A stretch of 64,000 nucleotides of DNA from Gammaproteobacteria bacterium (GTDB taxonomy: Bacteria; Pseudomonadota; Gammaproteobacteria; Eutrophobiales; Eutrophobiaceae). Under the pieces are notes generated by a model. It was given only the letters and a program-made list of their open reading frames with translations. It had not been told where the DNA came from and made no database searches. The translations under genes were made by a program, and so were the position numbers. Positions 51,201 through 63,200 of the stretch are shown here, piece after piece. The stretch is taken from positions 1,312,001 through 1,376,000 of the forward strand of contig CBDCDS010000003.1 of assembly GCA_965215365.1 (NCBI GenBank), given 5' to 3'. Every line of letters starts with the position of its first letter. Position 1 is the stretch's first letter.

Positions 51201-54200
51201 TGCTAAGGAACGCACGATTTCAGGCACCCCCACCGCAGATAAGGCGCGCACGCAATACACCATGACGGCGACCGACAAGGCTAGTAGTACCGCCACCTAT
51301 ACCTTCCACCTGACGGTAGCGGCCGCGGATAACAAGCCCACCTTCGGCAGTAAGACGCAAGCCGACCTGTTACTGGAGAAGGATGCGCTGATGACCGCGG
51401 TCACACTGCCGGTGGCTACGGGCGGCGATGGCACGCTGACCTATCAGTTATTGCCGTTGAAGTGGAGTAACATGGGCTACAACCAGGGGGTACGAGAGAA
51501 CAACCAACCCTTGGACTACGCCGGGGTGGCCAACCTGCCGGCGGGTGTGAGCTTCAATGCCACCACGCGCGTCCTCTCGGGCACACCCACGGCGAACTGG
51601 ACACGCGCGCTCTATACCTTAGTCGCCACGGATGCCGACGGCGACACGGCGACGCTGAGCTTCCATGTGGCGGTGGTGCCCGCACTGACCCCGGCCACCG
51701 GCTCGAGCGCCCTGGAGGTATGGACGGATGATGCGCTGAGCCATGTCAACCGCGATGCCACCAAGCCCAATTCCCCGTCGACGGACATTGATTTACATGC
51801 GGCGCGCAATGAATATGAGAGCGGCCAGATAGTGCTGCGCAGCGATGCGGATTTGACCATTACCGAGGTGGCGTTTGACGACCTGACCGATGGCAGCAAC
51901 ACGATTGCTAAGACCCACCTTGACTACCGGTTTGTAGAATACCACGTGCCGGTGATGCCGACCCGGACGACCCAGCTGCTCTACCCGGCCGATAATCGTC
52001 CTGATCCGTTGTCCAATGCCCGCTCGATTGTGGTGCCGGCGAACGTCACCCAACCCATCTTAGTGACGGCGTATGTCCCCAAGGGGCAGGCGGCGGGGAC
52101 GTACACCGGCGATGTGACGGTCAAGGTCAAGACGGCGCAGGGAAATCAGACCAAGACCGTGCCCTTGAGCGTGAAGGTCTATGCGGTGCAGATTCCCGAT
52201 GCCAAGGACAGCGAGTTCTTACAGTACAACTGGACGGAGACAAACATGTACTCTATCCGCAATGAAGAGGACATGGGGCGCTCGTACTACGGGATTGACA
52301 AGTACTCCGATGACTGGTGGGACTTAATGGGGAACATGGCCGACACCATGTCCAAGCATCGTCAGAACATGACCATTGCCTGGACGGTGGCACTGCTGCG
52401 CGACGGCGGCAGTAAGGCCAAATCCGATGGCACGTATGAGTGGGACTGGCGGCTGTTCGATAAGTTCATTGACACTTATAACCAGCGCGGCATGACCCAC
52501 TTCGGCGGCGGGCATTTGGCGATGCGCTGGAACGGGCAGCCGGGGAGTTACGATGCGGCCTTGGATTACCAGGTGGGGTTGCTGTCTCGCGACGAAAACG
52601 GTGAGACGCGCATGGGTGGCGAGAAGATTCCGCTCTCGATATTATTTGAATTTTTGTATCCCGACGCTCGGGCCTGGCTGGATGCCTATCTGCCGGAATT
52701 GGACACCCATATTGCGGCCAAGACCTTGGTCGGCGGTGCTAAGCTGCGCGATAAGTGGTTCCAACATCTCGGTGATGAGCCGAAGTCGAGTCAACTCCCG
52801 CAATGGGCGTATATGGCGGACATCCTCAAGGGCAACGCGCCCAAGATACGTAATTTAGATGCAGCTCAGACCAGTGTCGGGGGGCTTTTGCAGGCTGCCA
52901 ATGCGGCCCGGGTGAATGCTTGGAGTCCTTACCTGATCGAGTTTGACAAGCGCAAAGACAAATTTGCTAAACAGCAACAGGCCGACAAGCCGGTGTTTGT
53001 CTATGTGATGTACACCCCCAGGGACAAGAACGACTATAACCGCCTGTTCAACAACCATCTGGTATCGACTTCCACGCTGTATTGGTATTACTTCCGCCAT
53101 AACTTAGACGGCAATCTGCACCGGGCGTTGAACGTCTGGTCCATCGGGCCGGCGAGCGGTGCCGAAGGCGATACCCACATCGTCTATCCGGACATCGGCG
53201 GGCGCACCCTCAGGTCATCGCTACGCTATGAAGCTGAGCGCGGCGGGCTGGAGGACTTGGAGCTGTTGAAGCTGTATAAGGCGACCTCTGCCAGCGCGGC
53301 CAACACACTGGCCGAGAAGCTCACCACCACGACCCGCACCAACCACAACAAGAATGTATCGAAGTACCGCACCGTGCGTACCGAGTTGCTGAAGGCTGTG
53401 GCTGTGGCCGTCCCCGCCGTCACCGCCACCGCCACCGATACCGCCGCCACCGAAGACGACACCAGCGCCACGGCCACTTTCACGGTGGTACTCGACACCG
53501 AGCCGTCCGCCGACGTCACCGTCACCGTCACCGCGCCCACGGGCTTAGATCTCGACGGCCCGGACAGCGCGAAGACCTTCACCTCCAGTGAAGACCTCAC
53601 CTTCACCGATAGCACCTGGAGCACCGCCCAGACGGTCACCGTGCGCGCCCCCGACGACAGCACCGACAGCCCCAGTCAACGGGAACTGACCGTCACCTAC
53701 GCCGCCACCTCGACCGACACCGATTACAGTGGCCTTAACGGCACTGCCGCCACCGTCACCGTCACGGATAATGACGCCACTGAGGTGACCTTGGCCGGTA
53801 GCGCCGGGGATGTCACCGAGGGCGGCACCAAGGAGTTCACGGTCAAGTTAAACCGCGGCTTGGTCAACGGCGAGGTCCTGCCTGTGCCGCTGACGGTTGC
53901 CACCGGTAATGGCACGGCGACTCGCAACACCGACTACACAATAGCTTGCCCCAACGCGCCGCCCGTCGGCGTGACGTGTAATGACCTGAACACTGCGACC
54001 ACTCCCACCGTGACCTTCACCGGCCCCTCCACCGGCGCCACCGCCACTGAGATCACCTTGACCCTCACCGCAACGACCGATTCCATCGCCGAAGCTGGCG
54101 GGGAGTCCGTCACCCTTGGCCTCGGCACGCTTAACACCAGCTCTGGCACCGGCTTGGACGGCGGCGCTTTGGGCACCGACAGTCTGGCGGACTTCACCAT

Positions 54201-57200
54201 CTTCGACCCGGCCATCGCTCTGGCCGCCCCCACCAGCTTCACCGCCACGCCGGGCGACAAGCAGGTGACGTTGAGCTGGGATGATCCGTCCAACAGCGCC
54301 ATCACCAAGTATCAGTATCGCCAGGGCACCGGCACGACCGTTGTCTGGGGTGGCTGGAAGGACATCCCCAACAGCGATGCCGATACCGCCTCGTACACGG
54401 TAACGGGCTTAACCAACGGTACCGCCTACAGCTTCCAGGTGCGCGCGGTCGCCGGCACCACCCTCGGCGCGGCCTCGGCCACCGTCACCGCCACCCCTAA
54501 TACCGAGGCGCAGGCGCAGACCGTCACGTTCGTAAGCAATCTGGATAGCTCACGCGACGATGCTAATCCATATGACGTGCGCCAAGCGCAATCCTTCACT
54601 ACGGGTGCTGAAAGTGCCGGCTATCTCCTGTCGTCCGTCCGCATCTATCTCCATGGAGATGCCTCTGGCAGTGGGACCCCTGTGGTCGTCATCCGCGCAA
54701 ACAGCAGTGGCGACCCCGGTGACATCTTCGTCACCCTGACCAACCCGGGCAGCTTTTCCAGTAGTGCGGGCCTGGCCACCTTCACCGCCCCGGCCGACAC
54801 GACGCTCGCCGCGAGCACCACCTACTGGGTGGTCATCAACGACTCAGGCGGTAGAAAGCTTTCCTGGCAGGCGGCCGACAGCAACACATCTACGGGACAG
54901 TCCGGCTGGAGCATGGGTGCTTCAAAGTATCGAGCTAGTGACTCTTGGAAAACTAGTGGCGCATATCTATCAATGGACCTCCGCGGCACGTTCAAAACGA
55001 CCACCCCCGCCAACACCGCCCCCACAGTGGCCAATACCATCCCCGACCAGGAGGCACTCACCGGCCAGGCCTTCAGCTACCAGTTCCCGGCCAATACCTT
55101 CAACGATGCCGACAGTGGCGACACGCTCACTTACACTGCCACGCTGCTCAGCGGCACGGCGCTGCCCGCCTGGCTGAAATTTGCCCCCGACACCCGCACT
55201 TTCTCTGGCACACCGAAACAGATAAACGTCGGCAAGTTTACGGTGAAGGTCACCGCCACAGACGGCGACGCCGCTTCGATCAGCGACAATTTTGTTATTA
55301 CCGTGACGCGCACAGAGGCCACGGTACAGTTCTCGCAGGCAACCAATTCCATTACCGAGGGCAACGCCGCCACCGTGACCCTGCAACTGTCCAAGGCGGT
55401 GGCCAAAGTGGTGGACATCTACCTCAAGGTCACTGCCGGCACTGCCACTTCGGGCACCGACTACACCGCCGGCACGGTGACCGCGCCCGACAGCACCGCC
55501 GGCACCTACAGGGTCACTATTGCGGCGAGTGCCACCTCGGGCTCAGTGAGCATCCCCACGACTGACGACTCGGCCTTCGAGGGCAGCGAGTCCTTCACTT
55601 TGAGCATCCATCAGATTGCCAGCGACAGTGTCATCGGGCGCGGCACCGCCACCACGCAAACCGTGACCATCGAGGACAACGAGCCAACCGTGGTGTTATC
55701 ACAAACGAGCCGCACGGTCACCGAGGCCACCGGCAGCGGGCGCACCGCACAATACACCGTCAAGCTGCCCGCCCAGCCCACGGCCGATGTCACCGTCGCG
55801 GTGGCTAGTGCTGCGGTCACCGTGGCCACGGTGTCCCCCACCAGCCTGACCTTCACTGACAGCACTTGGAGTACGGCGCAAACCGTCACCGTCACCGCCG
55901 TGGACGATAACCTCTACCAGAGCACCGACCGCACCACGACTATCACCCATACACCGTCCTCGACCGACACCCGCTTCACGAGCGGCCCCCACCCCAGCGT
56001 GGCCGTCACCGTCACTGATGATGAAACGCCGGCGGCCCCGGACGCCCCGACCGGCCTGACGGCCATGGCGGGCGACGCTGATGTCGCCCTGAGCTGGACT
56101 GACCCGAGCAACGCCAGCATCACCGAGTACGAATACCAGCAGCGCACCGGCACTGGCAACTGGGGTAATTGGACGGATTTCACCAGCGCTGCCGACACCA
56201 CGACCCACACGGTGACGAACTTGACCAACGGCACGGAGTACGACTTCCGAATCCGCGCCGTTAACGCGGGCGGGAACAGCGCTGCGTCGGACGTCGTGAC
56301 CGCCACCCCGCTGGCGGCGACCGCCCCCAGCAAGCCACGGAACCTGAGGGCCGAGCCGGGCGGCGGGCAGGTCGTTCTGAATTGGCGTGCCCCCGGAACT
56401 AATGCTGACGCGATCACGAAGTACCAGTACCGCCGAGGCTCGGGCGACCCCTTCGTCTGGGCAGCGTGGGCGGACGCCTCCGGCACCACCACCCACACAG
56501 TGACGGGTCTGACGAACGGCACACAATACCGCTTCCAGGTGCGCGCGGTGGCGAGCGCGGTGTTCGGCGCGGCGTCGGACACCGTGGAAGCGACTCCCAA
56601 CCCGAAACCGGCCGCCCCGACGAACTTCACGGCTGTAACGGGGGATAAAAGCGGCGAGGTGGACTTGAGCTGGACGGCCCCGACCGGCACCATCACCAGG
56701 TATGAACACCGCCGCCGCCCGGTCGGGGGCAACTGGCCACAAATCTGGACCCCTTTGAATATCCCCAGTGCCACCAGATTCACGGCGGGGAGCCTGACGG
56801 ACGGCACGGAATACCAGTTCGAGCTGCGCGCCGTTAACGATTCGGGTGCGGGCGCCACCGCCAGCGCGACCGCGACCCCGCTGAACCCGAGCGCCCTGGC
56901 CGCCCCGACCGGCTTCACGGCCGCGGCGGGGGATGCCAGCGGCGAGGTGGACTTGAGCTGGACCGCCCCGACCGGCACCCTCAGCGGCTACCAGTACCGC
57001 CGGGGTATGGGTAGTCCTCTGGTCTGGGTGGCGTGGACGGACATCGCGAACAGCGCCGCCCTGACCAGCTATACGGTGACGGGTCTGACGGACGGCACGG
57101 CCTACAGCTTCCAGATCCGCGCAGTCAGCGGGACGGGCGGCTCGACGGTGCTCGGTGCAACCTCAGGCACCGCCACCGCCACGCCGTCCGCCCCGGGCAA

Positions 57201-60200
57201 CACCGCCCCGACGGTGGCCAATGCCATCCCCAACCAGCCGGCGTTCACCGAGCAGGCCTTCAGCTACCAGTTCCCGGCCGATGCGTTCACCGACGCCGAT
57301 AACGACGCGCTCACTTACCGCGCCACGCAGGGCGACGGCACGGCACTACCGAACTGGCTGACCTTTACCAAAGCCACCCGCACCTTCTCCGGCACGCCGA
57401 CCGCGGCCGGCACGCTGACAGTCAAGGTCACCGCCGCTGACGGCAACGGCGGCACGGTCAGCGACGAGTTCGATATCACCGTGACCGTGAGCAAGCGCCT
57501 GCCGTTGACCTTAGCCGCCATCGCCACGGACAACACCATCAACATCGCCGAGAAAGCCGCCGGCTTTGCGATTACCGGCGCCACCGGCACCGAGGGCGGG
57601 GCGACCGTGACGGTGACGGTGGGCAGCGGGACGTTGACCACCACCTCGGCCACCTCGGGCACGGTCGGTGCCTGGTCGGTCAGTGTGCCGGGCAATCAGT
57701 CCTACATCACCGGCACGTCCGTGGCCGTCGCGGTCGATGCCACCAAGTCCGGGCTGGCCGATGCCACGCAACAGGCCCGCACGTTGACTGTGGACTTGGT
57801 CAAGCCCACCGCCACCTACACCGCGCCGGGCAGCTTGCAGGTGGGCACGGCCATTACCGACATCGCTCCGACCAACCCCAGCGCCGACATCAAGACCGGC
57901 GGCTACACGGCGAGCGCCCTGCCGGCGGGCCTGGAGATAAACGCCAACACCGGCGAGATTACCGGCACGCCGACCACGGCCAAGACCGCCACCACCACCG
58001 CCACGGTGACGCTCGAAGATACCGCCGGTAACACCAATGAGGTTGACATTGACTTCCCGGCGGTCACTAAGGGCGCGCAGACCTTGGCCGGCCTGGCCTA
58101 CGCCCCGAGCGCGGCGGGCGTGGGCGCGAAGGTAGACCTGACCGCACCCACGGTGTCCCCGGCGGCGAGCGGTGCCCGCGGCGCTATCACCTACAACACT
58201 GGCGATGCGACCGTCTGCACGGTCGACACCACCACCGGGACGCTGACCCTCAAGAAGGTGGGCACCTGCGTGGTCACCGCCACCGCCGCCGGGGATGCCA
58301 ACTACGACGCCGCCACCGACACGTTCACCGTGACCGTGCAGGCGAACCTGCCGTTGACCCTGGCCGCCATCGCCGGCGATGACACCATCAACATCGCCGA
58401 GAAGACCGCCGGCTTTACCATCACCGGCACCACCGGCACGGTCAGTGGGGCGTCCGTCACGGTCACGGTGGGCAGCACTGCGTTGACGGCCGTCACCTCG
58501 GGCAACGACGGCACCTGGTCGGTCAGTGTGCCGGGCAATCAGTCCTACATCACCGGCACGTCCGTGGCCGTCGCGGTCGATGCCACCAAGTCCGGGCTGG
58601 CCGATGCCACGCAAGCGACCCGCACGTTGACTGTGGACTTGGTCAAGCCCACCGCCACCTACACCGCGCCGGGCAGCTTGCGGGTGGGCACGGCGGTGAC
58701 CGTGACCCCGACCAACCCCAGCGCCGACATCAAGACCGGCGGCTACACGGCGAGCGCCCTGCCGGCGGGCCTGGAGATAAACGCCAACACCGGCGAGATT
58801 ACCGGCACGCCGACCACGGCCAAGACCGCCACCACCACCGCCACGGTGACGCTCGAAGATAATGCCGGTAACACCGCCGAGGTCACGATTAACTTCCCGG
58901 CCGTGGCCAAGGGCACACAGACCTTGGCCGGCCTGGCCTACGCCCCGAGCGCGGCGGGCGTGGGCGCGACGGTAGACCTGACCGCACCCACGGTGTCCCC
59001 GGCGACGAGCGGTGCCCGCGGCGTTATCACCTACAACACTGGCGATGCGACCGTCTGCACGGTCGGCACCACCACCGGGGCGCTGACCCTCAAGAAGGTG
59101 GGCGCCTGCGTGGTCACCGCCACCGCCGCCGGGGATGCCAACTACGACGCCGCCACCGACACGTTCACCGTGACCGTGCAGGCGAACCTGCCGTTGACCC
59201 TGGCCGCCATCGCCGGCGATGACACCATCAACATCGCCGAGAAGACCGCCGGCTTTACCATCACCGGCACCACCGGCACGGTCAGTGGGGCGTCCGTCAC
59301 GGTCACGGTGGGCAGCACTGCGTTGACGGCCGTCACCTCGGGCAACGACGGCACCTGGTCGGTCAGTGTGCCGGGCAATCAGTCCTACATCACCGGCACG
59401 TCCGTGGCCGTCGCGGTCGATGCCACCAAGTCCGGGCTGGCCGATGCCACGCAAGCGACCCGCACGTTGACTGTGGACTTGGTCAAGCCCACCGCCACCT
59501 ACACCGCGCCGGGCAGCTTGCGGGTGGGCACGGCGGTGACCGTGACCCCGACCAACCCCAGCGCCGACATCAAGACCGGCGGCTACACGGCGAGCGCCCT
59601 GCCGGCGGGCCTGGAGATAAACGCCAACACCGGCGAGATTACCGGCACGCCGACCACGGCCAAGACCGCCACCACCACCGCCACGGTGACGCTCGAAGAT
59701 AATGCCGGTAACACCGCCGAGGTCACGATTAACTTCCCGGCCGTGGCCAAGGGCACACAGACCTTGGCCGGCCTGGCCTACGCCCCGAGCGCGGCGGGCG
59801 TGGGCGCGACGGTAGACCTGACCGCACCCACGGTGTCCCCGGCGACGAGCGGTGCCCGCGGCGTTATCACCTACAACACTGGCGATGCGACCGTCTGCAC
59901 GGTCGGCACCACCACCGGGGCGCTGACCCTCAAGAAGGTGGGCGCCTGCGTGGTCACCGCCACCGCCGCCGGGGATGCCAACTACGACGCCGCCACCGAC
60001 ACGTTCACCGTGACCGTGCAGGCGAACCTGCCGTTGACCCTGGCCGCCATCGCCGGCGATGACACCATCAACATCGCCGAGAAGACCGCCGGCTTTACCA
60101 TCACCGGCACCACCGGCACGGTCAGTGGGGCGTCCGTCACGGTCACGGTGGGCAGCACTGCGTTGACGGCCGTCACCTCGGGCAACGACGGCACCTGGTC

Positions 60201-63200
60201 GGTCAGTGTGCCGGGCAATCAGTCCTACATCACCGGCACGTCCGTGGCCGTCGCGGTCGATGCCACCAAGTCCGGGCTGGCCGATGCCACGCAAGCGACC
60301 CGCACGTTGACTGTGGACTTGGTCAAGCCCACCGCCACCTACACCGCGCCGGGCAGCTTGCGGGTGGGCACGGCGGTGACCGTGACCCCGACCAACCCCA
60401 GCGCCGACATCAAGACCGGCGGCTACACGGCGAGCGCCCTGCCGGCGGGCCTGGAGATAAACGCCAACACCGGCGAGATTACCGGCACGCCGACCACGGC
60501 CAAGACCGCCACCACCACCGCCACGGTGACGCTCGAAGATAATGCCGGTAACACCGCCGAGGTCACGATTAACTTCCCGGCCGTGGCCAAGGGCACACAG
60601 ACCTTGGCCGGCCTGGCCTACGCCCCGAGCGCGGCGGGCGTGGGCGCGACGGTAGACCTGACCGCACCCACGGTGTCCCCGGCGACGAGCGGTGCCCGCG
60701 GCGTTATCACCTACAACACTGGCGATGCGACCGTCTGCACGGTCGGCACCACCACCGGGGCGCTGACCCTCAAGAAGGTGGGCGCCTGCGTGGTCACCGC
60801 CACCGCCGCCGGGGATGCCAACTACGACGCCGCCACCGACACGTTCACCGTGACCGTGCAGGCGAACCTGCCGTTGACCCTGGCCGCCATCGCCGGCGAT
60901 GACACCATCAACATCGCCGAGAAGACCGCCGGCTTTACCATCACCGGCACCACCGGCACGGTCAGTGGGGCGTCCGTCACGGTCACGGTGGGCAGCACTG
61001 CGTTGACGGCCGTCACCTCGGGCAACGACGGCACCTGGTCGGTCAGTGTGCCGGGCAATCAGTCCTACATCACCGGCACGTCCGTGGCCGTCGCGGTCGA
61101 TGCCACCAAGTCCGGGCTGGCCGATGCCACGCAAGCGACCCGCACGTTGACTGTGGACTTGGTCAAGCCCACCGCCACCTACACCGCGCCGGGCAGCTTG
61201 CGGGTGGGCACGGCGGTGACCGTGACCCCGACCAACCCCAGCGCCGACATCAAGACCGGCGGCTACACGGCGAGCGCCCTGCCGGCGGGCCTGGAGATAA
61301 ACGCCAACACCGGCGAGATTACCGGCACGCCGACCACGGCCAAGACCGCCACCACCACCGCCACGGTGACGCTCGAAGATAATGCCGGTAACACCGCCGA
61401 GGTCACGATTAACTTCCCGGCCGTGGCCAAGGGCACACAGACCTTGGCCGGCCTGGCCTACGCCCCGAGCGCGGCGGGCGTGGGCGCGACGGTAGACCTG
61501 ACCGCACCCACGGTGTCCCCGGCGACGAGCGGTGCCCGCGGCGTTATCACCTACAACACTGGCGATGCGACCGTCTGCACGGTCGGCACCACCACCGGGG
61601 CGCTGACCCTCAAGAAGGTGGGCGCCTGCGTGGTCACCGCCACCGCCGCCGGGGATGCCAACTACGACGCCGCCACCGACACGTTCACCGTGACCGTGCA
61701 GGCGAACCTGCCGTTGACCCTGGCCGCCATCGCCGGCGATGACACCATCAACATCGCCGAGAAGACCGCCGGCTTTACCATCACCGGCACCACCGGCACG
61801 GTCAGTGGGGCGTCCGTCACGGTCACGGTGGGCAGCACTGCGTTGACGGCCGTCACCTCGGGCAACGACGGCACCTGGTCGGTCAGTGTGCCGGGCAATC
61901 AGTCCTACATCACCGGCACGTCCGTGGCCGTCGCGGTCGATGCCACCAAGTCCGGGCTGGCCGATGCCACGCAAGCGACCCGCACGTTGACTGTGGACTT
62001 GGTCAAGCCCACCGCCACCTACACCGCGCCGGGCAGCTTGCGGGTGGGCACGGCGGTGACCGTGACCCCGACCAACCCCAGCGCCGACATCAAGACCGGC
62101 GGCTACACGGCGAGCGCCCTGCCGGCGGGCCTGGAGATAAACGCCAACACCGGCGAGATTACCGGCACGCCGACCACGGCCAAGACCGCCACCACCACCG
62201 CCACGGTGACGCTCGAAGATAATGCCGGTAACACCGCCGAGGTCACGATTAACTTCCCGGCCGTGGCCAAGGGCACACAGACCTTGGCCGGCCTGGCCTA
62301 CGCCCCGAGCGCGGCGGGCGTGGGCGCGACGGTAGACCTGACCGCACCCACGGTGTCCCCGGCGACGAGCGGTGCCCGCGGCGTTATCACCTACAACACT
62401 GGCGATGCGACCGTCTGCACGGTCGGCACCACCACCGGGGCGCTGACCCTCAAGAAGGTGGGCGCCTGCGTGGTCACCGCCACCGCCGCCGGGGATGCCA
62501 ACTACGACGCCGCCACCGACACGTTCACCGTGACCGTGCAGGCGAACCTGCCGTTGACCCTGGCCGCCATCGCCGGCGATGACACCATCAACATCGCCGA
62601 GAAGACCGCCGGCTTTACCATCACCGGCACCACCGGCACGGTCAGTGGGGCGTCCGTCACGGTCACGGTGGGCAGCACTGCGTTGACGGCCGTCACCTCG
62701 GGCAACGACGGCACCTGGTCGGTCAGTGTGCCGGGCAATCAGTCCTACATCACCGGCACGTCCGTGGCCGTCGCGGTCGATGCCACCAAGTCCGGGCTGG
62801 CCGATGCCACGCAAGCGACCCGCACGTTGACTGTGGACTTGGTCAAGCCCACCGCCACCTACACCGCGCCGGGCAGCTTGCGGGTGGGCACGGCGGTGAC
62901 CGTGACCCCGACCAACCCCAGCGCCGACATCAAGACCGGCGGCTACACGGCGAGCGCCCTGCCGGCGGGCCTGGAGATAAACGCCAACACCGGCGAGATT
63001 ACCGGCACGCCGACCACGGCCAAGACCGCCACCACCACCGCCACGGTGACGCTCGAAGATAATGCCGGTAACACCGCCGAGGTCACGATTAACTTCCCGG
63101 CCGTGGCCAAGGGCACACAGACCTTGGCCGGCCTGGCCTACGCCCCGAGCGCGGCGGGCGTGGGCGCGACGGTAGACCTGACCGCACCCACGGTGTCCCC

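Noticed and set aside
18273-57695. Dozens of short ORFs on both strands, many recurring
   Set aside because: Shadow frames of the giant frame +1 CDS; they recur only because the underlying modules are duplicated.
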